Counted from the stretch's first letter, positions 11,501 through 19,685 are shown. The stretch: DNA of 64,000 nt from an uncultured Bacteroidales bacterium (GCA_903946925.1 CAJAXK010000057.1:1807-65806), one strand, 5' to 3'. Numbers and translations: made by a program. Notes: a model not told the origin generated them from the sequence alone.

Positions 11501-13715
11501 GGCAAGAAGAGTAGTATTTCCCAACCCTTAAGTTGTTTGTTATGATTATGGGAAATGAAAGGGAATTCCAACGGTAGTTACTCTCCACGTCGCCTCCCGG
11601 CAAACAAACACCGTTGTAGGTGTTGTTTGTTAAGGTAAGTGTTCCAAGATGCTCGGTGAGCGTAATACTTACTGTTGGATAAAATAAGGCATACAGGTTA
11701 TTGGAAATGGTAGTGTTACTATAATTAGGCAACGAAGTGGCAGACGAAAGATAAACTCCTGCGTTTGTATTGTTGGTAATCGTACTGTTTATCAATGAAG
11801 GATTTGAGTTGTAAAGATACAAACCGTTTCCTGTACCGTTTTGTATTTTTGAGTTCTGGATTACAAGATTAGATGTCTCCAGGCGTATTCCTGTACCTTC
11901 GGCCCGGTTTATGTTGCAGTTCGACAAAAGAGGTTCGTTTGTTTGGTCGCAAAACAAGTTGGCATCATTAGATCCAAACCCTGCATTGGAAATTACTGTG
12001 TAATTAAATTGGGAAGAAACGCTTACATCGCTCTCGGGCGCAAAATAAATTCCATCCCATTTCCCAACTTCGCTGTTGTAGCTCAGGAATTTAACTGAAT
12101 CAACCGCTGTGCCATTACAAACTACATTGGCTTGACCAACATTAAGTCCTGTTTCGGGCAGGAATAAAATGGTGGATCCGGCTTGGAAGGTATGCGTTCC
12201 ACCGGTAAACGAAATATCTGATGTGGCCCAATAAGGACTAGCCGCTTTTGTAAACGTAAGCGTGGAGTTGAGGTTTCCGCTAAGCTGTGTGCCCTGAGTG
12301 GTCAATTTCATTTCGTTAAACGTTGAGTTAAACGTAGTTGAACCAGTCAAAATAGCGGCATATTGAAGGTATTGCTTGGTAATGCCTAAAATTATGGGCG
12401 ATGCCGTAACCAAAGAAGTCCAGTTACCCCAAATCCCATCGCTGCCAGCGGTGCGATACGTTACCTGTAAATTTGCCGGGGCAGTAAACGCTTTTTTGAA
12501 GGCTATAGAATCAATAATCCTTTCGCCTCCAAGCTCAAAAAATGGATTGGAGACAAAAACCCCATGGTTTACAAAATTGGAAGTCATTGCTAAATTTGCA
12601 TACCTACAGTTAAAAATGGGGGTGCCCGAAAGGTTGGCCCCACCAGCATAATATAATTGTCCGTTTCCGCTAAAAGCTGAACCATCTTTGGTATAATCGT
12701 ACAACACATTGGCGGATGTTGACCACGCCAGGGAAACGGCATCGGCATTGGCAAAATAAACAGTGTTACTCAGTGTTGCTCCAACAGCACCGGCCATAAC
12801 CGTTATCAAGCCATTTGTAACTACCGACGAATGGTTGCTTATGGCCACAGGCAAGTTTGTTCCTGTACTCCACGCGCCCGTTGAACCATCCAAACCTGGC
12901 GTAGCAATATACACCGTATTTACTTTTGTGCCTGAGTTGTTGTAACCGCCAAGCACATAAAGTTTACTGTTGTAGGTTAAGGCACTATGTCGGTTACAAG
13001 CTGTTGGCAGACTTGTTCCGGAAACAAAAGCCGATAGTGTGTTCAGCGCATTAACTTTTGCATAATAAACTGTGTTCAAAGCCGTGTTCTCTGTCAATGA
13101 ACTTGAACCTCCAATCACATAAATGGCTCCCATCATGTACGTTGCGGTATGCCCCCAAAGGTTTACGGGAAGTGTTACGGATGAGGTTTGCCATGCCCCT
13201 ATTGTACCATCGGTATTAATTGCCGCATAGTAAATGGTATTAAATACCTGTGTATCGTTTTTCCCACCAATTACATAAATTGTGTTGGTTCCAATTACTA
13301 CCGCTGGATCGCGCAAAGCAGTTGGCAGGGCATTTAGTGCCGTCCAACCTGTAATTCCTCCCGACTGTATGGTTGCAACATAAACCGTGTTTACATAGCT
13401 GGTATTGTTAAAACCCCCAACCATGTACACATACCTGTCGTTCCATGAAACGGTTTTATGCCCGGCCAAAGTTTGGGGCAAAACCGTAGCGGTAAGCCAA
13501 CTACCGACATCGGTAGCTGAATTTTGAAGGTAAACATTGTCGCTTGCAGCCACAACGTTGTTAAACACGCCTTTGTTAAAATCGGCATTCAGGGTTTGTG
13601 TAAAATTAACCTGAGCCATAAGGCTCGTAATTCCCATTGCTAAAATGGAAACAAATCCCATGAAAAGAGTTTTTAGCGTAAGCCGGTTAGTCGTAAAACG
13701 TAAATTGTTTTTCAT
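8550..13715 (-). CDS. giant T9SS-sorted surface protein: Kelch blades + triplicated beta-helix modules + dockerin-like pair + one cohesin-like module + T9SS type-A CTD
   Basis: 1721-aa ORF with a signal peptide. Kelch-type strands are present (YVYMVGG, IYVIGG, LYVLGG). Three ~190-aa repeats each contain NNGRYP(L/V). A dockerin-like pair is GGVNSTDALAILNHF / SVNGTDALLVLKRF. One cohesin-like unit reads FEFPVRLKTGMQVGAISLGFYYPEQYLEIVG. The terminal ~85 aa (LSVYPNPITLKSVIEF...GIYLLKIEI...VVVSN) fit the Por secretion tail. Confidence 0.85.
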   Translation of the reverse strand: MKNNLRFTTNRLTLKTLFMGFVSILAMGITSLMAQVNFTQTLNADFNKGVFNNVVAASDNVYLQNSATDVGSWLTATVLPQTLAGHKTVSWNDRYVYMVGGFNNTSYVNTVYVATIQSGGITGWTALNALPTALRDPAVVIGTNTIYVIGGKNDTQVFNTIYYAAINTDGTIGAWQTSSVTLPVNLWGHTATYMMGAIYVIGGSSSLTENTALNTVYYAKVNALNTLSAFVSGTSLPTACNRHSALTYNSKLYVLGGYNNSGTKVNTVYIATPGLDGSTGAWSTGTNLPVAISNHSSVVTNGLITVMAGAVGATLSNTVYFANADAVSLAWSTSANVLYDYTKDGSAFSGNGQLYYAGGANLSGTPIFNCRYANLAMTSNFVNHGVFVSNPFFELGGERIIDSIAFKKAFTAPANLQVTYRTAGSDGIWGNWTSLVTASPIILGITKQYLQYAAILTGSTTFNSTFNEMKLTTQGTQLSGNLNSTLTFTKAASPYWATSDISFTGGTHTFQAGSTILFLPETGLNVGQANVVCNGTAVDSVKFLSYNSEVGKWDGIYFAPESDVSVSSQFNYTVISNAGFGSNDANLFCDQTNEPLLSNCNINRAEGTGIRLETSNLVIQNSKIQNGTGNGLYLYNSNPSLINSTITNNTNAGVYLSSATSLPNYSNTTISNNLYALFYPTVSITLTEHLGTLTLTNNTYNGVCLPGGDVESNYRWNSLSFPIIITNNLRVGKYYSSCRLTIEPGNTIKMLAGKNIQIGFYAGYPYSGELYAIGGADSLITFTSFNGTAGGWEGLYFNDLSDSYTSTSVLYYCVVEKANAYNLYIENTNQPSINHCTIRNAVQDGIKFYGAYNALTNSTVANNGRYPLYFSEVHTFPVLSGNTYSGNGINMIGFSGGSMTDSRTLQNDGIGYHILDNIMVGKYYTFCRLTIEPGLTLSFAPGKKIQVGYPDGYPFGGELYAIGKADSIITFTPYSGIAGDWNGIYFHDFSDFSGATNQLKYCIVQKANAYNILCENTSSVTLDNCTFSNAVTDGLRYNASSGSFTNCTFSNNGRYPVNFLDWTSAPYHKYNTFSGNVLNMLALSGGTYSENRTLLKDNADYLVLGNITIGKYYSVCRLTVEPGNTLNFASGKNIQVGYAAGYPYGGELWSVGKADSTITYAPYTGIAGDWNGIYFHDLSDYGGAVSSLKYSNIRKGNIYNVLAENTTQPTIQYCNINQAVGNGLNIVNSSPAIRNSTFDYNTAYGIYLDGSSTPTLGNTSAYTNNFLNNYGSYDLYNNTANTIDARYNFWGTGDSTMAMYRIYDKSDNAAKGRVYIGPFAQVPSLFTSATIMGGTVKYSSASAYPMMNAGLVVKDFGNATINSTTANGSGVYTLPSMASGNYKMTVTPTVWGGVNSTDALAILNHFAQTIPISGIKLAAADVNFSHSVNGTDALLVLKRFANQISTFPAGDYLYNYDTVIINGSNVTGNIEVLCFGDVNASYAPASKSALSSGLVLEGTLQVESNTEFEFPVRLKTGMQVGAISLGFYYPEQYLEIVGAKLANGYNDFSWTAVDGLFKMGWCDRNTLDVNDDEIVVILRMKAKDLSNLNVGIELEMYEDCEFADGLATPNNWQIVSIPTINAKAIGIDDGSKLVGLSVYPNPITLKSVIEFSLEKEGNVHISLLNSAGTFVKDLKNTELASGNHKVALDASNLKPGIYLLKIEITSNGQYSSDMIKVVVSN

Positions 13716-13897
13716 ATTGCTGGTTTTTGATTAGGTTTCTGGAAATAAAGTCAAGGTTTGGAAGTAAAGTATGGAGTTGAACGATTCGCACAAGACAAAA
13801 AAGAATGGAACCTGCAGCGATTAAAAAGAATTCAAAAGCTTGAATGGCACAGTGTTCTGAATGGTTCCCCAATAGTATTACAAAATTGAACCGAAGT

Positions 13898-13931
13898 TAA
13901 ACAATCTGCAATAGCCTAATCAGGTCATTTT
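13898..13931 (-). promoter_or_regulatory. conserved intergenic motif, copy 1 (minus-strand reading AAAATGACCTGATTAGGCTATTGCAG...)
   Basis: Near-identical to 14368..14403 and similar to 19656..19680. Lies ~180 nt upstream of the 13715 start codon. Confidence 0.5.
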
Positions 13932-14241
13932 GCGTTGTTGATACGCGCTCTCAGAATAAGGAATTTTTGCACCAATTAAGTTTTTGGAGAAATGTTTGCC
14001 AAGCTGGCAGGGGATTGAAAAAAGCTTATCTGAATATTAGAGTCTGCTTAACTAAAAGAGGGATTGGCAATCAATAAAACACATACAGAAAAAGACCGGT
14101 ATGAACTGTAGGTATAATAAAACCAGGTCTAATGATTTACACAGATCGAAAGGCAATGGCATTGAGGCTGCAAGACTTTGGTTTTTGATGTAGATGTGGT
14201 ATTTTATTCTAAGCCAATCCAGGATAAATAAAAATAAAAAT

Positions 14242-14340
14242 GCTACCTCCAAAAACAAAAAATGATGTCAAAATTTTGGGATCAATATCTTAAAGCAATA
14301 CATAGAAAGCATATCAGAATCTATTGTTTTCGGAGGTAGC
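14242..14340. repeat. 17-bp inverted repeat (GCTACCTCCAAAAACAA / TTGTTTTCGGAGGTAGC) with a 65-nt loop
   Basis: The arms at 14242..14258 and 14324..14340 are reverse complements with one mismatch. The element sits in the 920-bp gap between two giant-protein genes. Confidence 0.6.
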
Positions 14341-14367
14341 CTTTTGTTGTGCAAACATGAGGGAATG

Positions 14368-14403
14368 TAAATAATACTGCAATAGCCTAATCAGGTCATT
14401 TTT
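14368..14403 (-). promoter_or_regulatory. conserved intergenic motif, copy 2
   Basis: taaataatactgcaatagcctaatcaggtcattttt compared with copy 1 taaacaatctgcaatagcctaatcaggtcatttt: two mismatches in 34 nt. Confidence 0.5.
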
Positions 14404-14634
14404 GTGTGCTAAACAAATAAGACCAATCGTAACGGATTTAATGAAATTAACAGACGGGAAACCGAATACGGAAAACGGGGTAAAAGGGAATTTGCAGTAA
14501 ATATTCTGTTAAAAAAGTTTCATTCGTAGATAAGTTGGTTGAATGTTAGCTGTTAAGCATAAAAATCTCAGATGGGAATTCCGGACTCCCGGAAATCTTA
14601 TTCAACACACGAAATGAATAGCCGGAACAGTTGC

Positions 14635-16110
14635 TTATGGCAAAATTACCGTTACAAACGCAGCTGCATTGTTATCCAAAAGTATCATATCCAGGGCATC
14701 CACAATTCCATCGCCATTTATGTCCTCCGAAATATAATCTATGCCAAAAGAGTCTGCATGGTTTTTAACATCCAGCATATCAAGAGCATTTACAACACCA
14801 TCCTGATTGGAATCTCCGCCAAATAGAGCATACTGCCCATCGGCAAGTAGTTTCAAGTTGTTTCCAAAAACCAATTCCGGCTGTGTAAAACTGTAATTTA
14901 TAGTGCTTGCAGCAAAGGAAACAGGCAGTTTGGTGGTTACCGATACACTGTTGCGGTGTTTTACCGTAACATAAAATGAACCGCTATGTGTAGCAGGAAT
15001 ACTAATTGAAGCTGACCCGTTGGTAAGGAGGTTTACATTATTGTCGGTGTAAGCAACAGTATTGTAATTTGAGTTTTGGTGAAGCTCAATTGACAACTTG
15101 TCGGCAATATTACCTGTAAACTGATCCCCCGAACCGCTCTGCGCTTTGTTCATCTGGCCTCCACCTGCATAAAGTCCTTCGAGATAGAGATTTAGGTTCA
15201 GAATTTTGTTAACCAATGCCTGTAAACCAGTAAATGTACCGAAGGTGGTAAGACCGGTAGCGGCAAACTGGTGGAGGTTGGAGTTTACTGGTGTAAAATA
15301 TACAGCAGGCACTGGCAAAACCTGGGCTCCACTGATACTGTTTTCATCGCCTACAACATCGGAATCAACATATTGGAAAACAGCATTGCATTGTGGATTT
15401 GTGATTCCATTCTGTCTTAATTCCCAGTACCTGCTTAAGTAATTTCCTGATGAACCGGGAAAAGCGGAATTTGCGAGTTTCACGCCTAAATAATTTTCTG
15501 AGCTAAAAGTACCTCCAGCAAAAGTTATAGTTACAGGCGTATAATCGGGTGTTCCGGAATTATCGCCCACGGGAAAAGTGAAAGTACCAACACCTGAAAA
15601 ACTTTTTCGCAATTCGCCGGTACCAGTGGCAACAACCATTGCAGAAGAAGATGGCGTTCCGGAAACCGAAGCAGTGCTACCCAGTATAAGGTTATTTGAT
15701 CCAAGCCTGATATGGCCGCCTTGAAGAGAAAGCGCAGTATTTACAGCAGTATTCCCATTGAGGTCGATTCCTGCCGGATTATTCACAACCAATGTGCCAA
15801 TTGTATTTTGGCCGGTAGCACTTTGGGCAGTTGTTCCAGAAAACTCAATTGTACCATTGCCCAAATTTCCGAAAGGATTTTGGTTGACAAGATTTTTCTT
15901 GAGGATAAGGGTGCCATCCACAGTAAGCCCGCCTCCATTTTGAACGGCCAGGTTTTGCAATGAAGTTACAACGGTTCCAGAACTTATTTTGATATTCGTC
16001 CCGCTCAAAACAGTGTTCTGTGAAATTACCGGATCAAACAGAAGGTTTGTGGCAAGGATAACTACTACAACTATTGCCAATTTATCGGGAAACAATTTAA
16101 GAAACAACAT
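14635..16110 (-). CDS. secreted protein with a beta-solenoid-like N-terminal part and the C-terminal LEGLY/dockerin-like module
   Basis: 491-aa ORF with a hydrophobic N-terminus. The C-terminal 190 aa (LNLNLYLEGLY...VTVKHRNSVSV...DSNQDGVVNALD...DINGDGIVDALD...FVTVILP) are homologous to the tails of 1189..4962 and 5162..8536. Confidence 0.8.
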   Translation of the reverse strand: MLFLKLFPDKLAIVVVVILATNLLFDPVISQNTVLSGTNIKISSGTVVTSLQNLAVQNGGGLTVDGTLILKKNLVNQNPFGNLGNGTIEFSGTTAQSATGQNTIGTLVVNNPAGIDLNGNTAVNTALSLQGGHIRLGSNNLILGSTASVSGTPSSSAMVVATGTGELRKSFSGVGTFTFPVGDNSGTPDYTPVTITFAGGTFSSENYLGVKLANSAFPGSSGNYLSRYWELRQNGITNPQCNAVFQYVDSDVVGDENSISGAQVLPVPAVYFTPVNSNLHQFAATGLTTFGTFTGLQALVNKILNLNLYLEGLYAGGGQMNKAQSGSGDQFTGNIADKLSIELHQNSNYNTVAYTDNNVNLLTNGSASISIPATHSGSFYVTVKHRNSVSVTTKLPVSFAASTINYSFTQPELVFGNNLKLLADGQYALFGGDSNQDGVVNALDMLDVKNHADSFGIDYISEDINGDGIVDALDMILLDNNAAAFVTVILP

Positions 16111-16130
16111 ACTTTTCTGTTATAATTTTA

Positions 16131-19100
16131 TTAAAAAGCCCTGATTGCACGTACGAGTGATCCATCATGCTTATAGCCATCTCCTGTATAATTTAAATAA
16201 AAGATATGGAAATATGCACGTTGAGAATTTAACTGAGACGAACTCCAGTACATAGCACTTCCAAAACCTCCGATTGCAGTTCTTTGTTGATACATCTGAA
16301 GTAGTTCATTTAATGAAGGTAAAAACCAATCATTATATCCATTCAATACTAGCTCATCACAAACTCGGGCGGCAGTTCCAGCTTCAGCGCATCCGGCCAA
16401 AATTGCATTCGTATTAGCTTGCCCTGTGCCAAAAGCTGGGGAGGTTCCAATTGAAGTATTTGTACAACCCCAGGGTACATATACTGCAGTTTGATCGGTT
16501 GTAGCTGAAATAAGTCCGTGCTGGCCTGTGCCATCGATATAAAAGATTATTCCTCCTTGGTAACTCTGTCCAATTGCAAGTGCTACATTGGTGCTAAAAG
16601 TTACTTCGTTGCCATAAGCCGTACCTGAGCTGTTTGTGGCATAAGCTCTGACATAGTAGGGTGTATTTGGTGTAAGACCACTAAGTTGGCTTACAAATGC
16701 ACCTGTTCCGCTTCCATCCGAGGTATGACTCTCAGTTATAGTAGGATTTGCAGTAGTACTCCAACAAACTCCCCGAGCGGTAACAGATCCGCCACCGTCT
16801 GAAGTTATGTTCCCACCACCGGTGGCGTTGGTTTGACCTGTGTTTGTAATAGTTGAAGTGGTAACAGTAGGGATTGTGGATGAGCTACCGGCATCTTTTA
16901 AACAACGGACCGCGATGCCATACGATTTAGAATGGTACGTTAAATTGCAGTAAATAAAATAGGAATAAAGGAATAAACCGTCGGAAACATTGCTTTGTGT
17001 GCTTGACCATAACAAAGCTTCCTGCCCGCGACCGATAAGGTTTGCAAATTCATTATGAATGGCTCCGGCAGCATGTATTTTTAAATCAGAGTTCCACGAA
17101 CCGCTCCAGTTTGTCCAGCCCCCATTAGCGTCAACATTGAACCATTCTTGATAAGTTGGAATGCGCCATCCGGAACCTAACTCTAAAGAGCAGGGGTCAT
17201 TGGCTGCAATCCAATTAGAAGGTTCTTCTATCCAAGTTATCCAAGTTGTGTTGGGTGTACGCGTTGTACCATCATGTTTAAACCCTTGTATTCTGTTAAA
17301 TTGCCAGTACCAGCCTGCAGATTCTTCGGATACATCGCTAACGTATGTTGCCTGGTGATCGGCACCAAGGTTACTGGTTATCCAACATTTAGTTGGTTCC
17401 CCGAGTATGCCCGTAACCGTACCATAAGCTACGGTTTTTGTAACAGGTGCGACTGATCCGGTTACATGATTGATGGTGAGTGTATTGCCGCAAGCAAATG
17501 CACATGCTGAAGTGGTTTGCATGAGTGTAACAGGAGTAGAATTGCCACAGGCACTATAAGCCCAAGCATATCTTGTGTATACCGTATTACAGATTAGGGA
17601 TGTTTCGGTTTTGGTTGTGGTTGTGGTCATATCTATAGCCGAACTATAATCATTGCTGGTATTCCATTTGTAACCAGTGGCTCCTGAAACTACATTCCAG
17701 TTCCAGACAACCTGAGTTGCTGACGGCACATGGGTTCCGGCAGGTGGGGTTGCAGGTGGATTTAAGGATGTGGTTTGGGTAAGTGTGATGGGAGTAGAAT
17801 TGACACAGGCACTGTAAGCCCAGACATATCTGGTATATGCTGTATTGCAGATTAGGGATGTTTCCGTTTTGGTTAGGGCAGTAGCCATATCGGTGGCCGA
17901 AGCATAATCATTGGTGGTATTCCATTTATAACCTGTTGCACCTGCAACAACATTCCAGTTCCATACAATTTGGGTTGCAGATGGAACATGTGTTCCGGCT
18001 GTGGGTGTTGCTGGCGGATTTAAAGAGGTGGTTTGGGTAAGAGTAACTGCTGTAGAATTTCCGCAAGCACTATATGCCCAGGCATATCTTGTATAAGCCG
18101 TGTTGCAGATTAACGATGTTTCCGTTTTTGTTAGGGCAGTAGCCATATCGGTGGCCGAAGAATAATCATTGGTGGTATTCCATTTATATCCTGTTGCCCC
18201 TGTAACTACATTCCAGTTCCAAACTATTTGGGTTGCTGATGAAATATGTGTGCCAGTAGTTGGTGTTGCTGGAGGGTTTAAAGAAGTGGTTTGGTTAAGG
18301 TTTACTGGCGAAGAATTGCCGCAGACACTATAAGCCCAGGCATATCTGGTATATGCCGTATTACAGATTAAGGAAGTTTCCGTTTTGGTTAGGGCGGTGG
18401 CCATGTCGGTGGCCGAAGCATAGTCATTGGTGGTATTCCATTTGTATCCTGTTGCCCCTGCAACTGCATTCCAGTTCCAAACTATTTGGGTTGCTGATGG
18501 AATATGTGTGCCAGTAGTTGGTGTTGCTGGTGGGTTTAAAGAGGTAGTTTGAGATAAGGTAACAGGATCTGATAAACCACAGTCGCCATAAGCCCATACA
18601 TAACGTGTGTATGTTGTATTGCAAGTAAGCCCGAACTCTTGATTCATGGTACTTGTTCCCAAATCGGTAGCTGATCCATAATCATTCGAGGTATTCCATT
18701 TGTAACCAGTTGCACCTAAAGCCGCATTCCAATTCCAAGTAATCATCTGTGGCATTGAGAAATGAGTGCCAGAGGTTGGGGATGCTGGTGGGTTTTCTGG
18801 TGTGCTCTGGGTCAGTAGCTCTGGTGTGGAATTGCCACATGCGCTGTAAGCCCATACATAACGTGTGTAGGGAGTATTGCAGGTAAGGCCAAACTCTTGG
18901 TTCGTGGTGTTTGTCCCCATGTCGGTAGCCGATGTGTAATCATTAGTGGTATTCCATTTATAACCTGTGGCACCCGAAACTGTGCTCCAGTTCCACATAA
19001 TCATTTGTGGCATGGCTATATGGCTTCCTTGGGTTGGGGCAAACAAAACATCACCTGCGGTAGTATGTGTTAAAACTGTTGCGGTTGAAGCTCCGCAGGA

Positions 19101-19595
19101 ACTAAAAGCCCAAATATATCTTGTGTAAGGTGTTAAGCAATCAAGATTTGTTTCTGTATAAAAAGTACTTGTCCCAACATCAAATGCGGTTGATATATCA
19201 TTTGTAGTGTTCCATTTGTATCCTAATGCATTTGTAACCATATTCCAATTCCACTCAATTTGAGATGAGGTAGCTGTATGGCTTCCTGATGTAGGAGATA
19301 AAGGTCCCAAGCAGTTAGCACTTAATGTGTACCATTCGCCCGAAATAAACAACGATAAAGCACCGGTCCCATTTGCACAATCGGTACAATAAACCATCAA
19401 CCCATCAGCAGGATTTGGTATAGCACCCATTTCTGCCCTTGTCATCCGAGGGATCAACAAACCTTTGTTAGTGGATTTAACATCCAGCATTGCTGAATTG
19501 TCGGGATTAGTACCATCAATATTTATGGAAACCTGTGAAAAGAGCACGCCATTGATGAACAAAATCAGTATCAGGGAAAAAAGATTTTTCTTCAT
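16131..19595 (-). CDS. secreted protein: 7 tandem FN3-like repeats + Fibrobacter-paralogous (FISUMP)-like domain + FN3-like + DUF1566-like lectin-fold domain
   Basis: I moved the start to the ATG at 19595 (MKKNLFSLILILFINGVLFSQ, a signal peptide). The track ORF begins at an upstream GTG at 19658 that overlaps the conserved motif. There are seven 86-aa repeats (WNWN..GATGYKWNTTNDY..TRY.WAYS.CG). CWITSNLGA...DPC..LGSGWRIPTYQEW is FISUMP-like. GGIIFYIDGTGQHGLIS...NGYNDWFLPSLNEL...YWSS...VRAIRAF is DUF1566-like. Confidence 0.8.
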   Translation of the reverse strand: MKKNLFSLILILFINGVLFSQVSINIDGTNPDNSAMLDVKSTNKGLLIPRMTRAEMGAIPNPADGLMVYCTDCANGTGALSLFISGEWYTLSANCLGPLSPTSGSHTATSSQIEWNWNMVTNALGYKWNTTNDISTAFDVGTSTFYTETNLDCLTPYTRYIWAFSSCGASTATVLTHTTAGDVLFAPTQGSHIAMPQMIMWNWSTVSGATGYKWNTTNDYTSATDMGTNTTNQEFGLTCNTPYTRYVWAYSACGNSTPELLTQSTPENPPASPTSGTHFSMPQMITWNWNAALGATGYKWNTSNDYGSATDLGTSTMNQEFGLTCNTTYTRYVWAYGDCGLSDPVTLSQTTSLNPPATPTTGTHIPSATQIVWNWNAVAGATGYKWNTTNDYASATDMATALTKTETSLICNTAYTRYAWAYSVCGNSSPVNLNQTTSLNPPATPTTGTHISSATQIVWNWNVVTGATGYKWNTTNDYSSATDMATALTKTETSLICNTAYTRYAWAYSACGNSTAVTLTQTTSLNPPATPTAGTHVPSATQIVWNWNVVAGATGYKWNTTNDYASATDMATALTKTETSLICNTAYTRYVWAYSACVNSTPITLTQTTSLNPPATPPAGTHVPSATQVVWNWNVVSGATGYKWNTSNDYSSAIDMTTTTTKTETSLICNTVYTRYAWAYSACGNSTPVTLMQTTSACAFACGNTLTINHVTGSVAPVTKTVAYGTVTGILGEPTKCWITSNLGADHQATYVSDVSEESAGWYWQFNRIQGFKHDGTTRTPNTTWITWIEEPSNWIAANDPCSLELGSGWRIPTYQEWFNVDANGGWTNWSGSWNSDLKIHAAGAIHNEFANLIGRGQEALLWSSTQSNVSDGLFLYSYFIYCNLTYHSKSYGIAVRCLKDAGSSSTIPTVTTSTITNTGQTNATGGGNITSDGGGSVTARGVCWSTTANPTITESHTSDGSGTGAFVSQLSGLTPNTPYYVRAYATNSSGTAYGNEVTFSTNVALAIGQSYQGGIIFYIDGTGQHGLISATTDQTAVYVPWGCTNTSIGTSPAFGTGQANTNAILAGCAEAGTAARVCDELVLNGYNDWFLPSLNELLQMYQQRTAIGGFGSAMYWSSSQLNSQRAYFHIFYLNYTGDGYKHDGSLVRAIRAF

Positions 19596-19655
19596 AGTAC
19601 TATCATTAAAAAAGTTGGGGATGTGGAAGTAAAAGTAGAACAGTTGAAAGTCTAT

Positions 19656-19680
19656 CACAATAGCCCAATCGGGTCATTTT
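19656..19680 (-). promoter_or_regulatory. conserved intergenic motif, copy 3 (AAAATGACCCGATTGGGCTATTGTG on the minus strand)
   Basis: Lies between the response-regulator stop (19686) and the 19595 start. It differs from copies 1 and 2 at two positions that keep CCY...RGG complementary. Confidence 0.5.
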
Positions 19681-19685
19681 TATAC

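Noticed and set aside
1189-16110. A classical polysaccharide-degrading cellulosome.
   Set aside because: Cohesin-like and dockerin-like modules are present, but I recognise no glycoside hydrolase, CBM or SusC/SusD genes. The only possible exception is a GH74-like reading of the BNR propeller. I therefore report only a generic cohesin/dockerin surface assembly.
19596-19658. N-terminal extension of the FN3/FISUMP protein (track ORF starts at the GTG at 19658, MIDFQLFYFYFHIPNFFNDST).
   Set aside because: The extension precedes a canonical MKK + hydrophobic signal peptide, uses a GTG and overlaps the conserved intergenic motif. The ATG at 19595 is the more plausible start.
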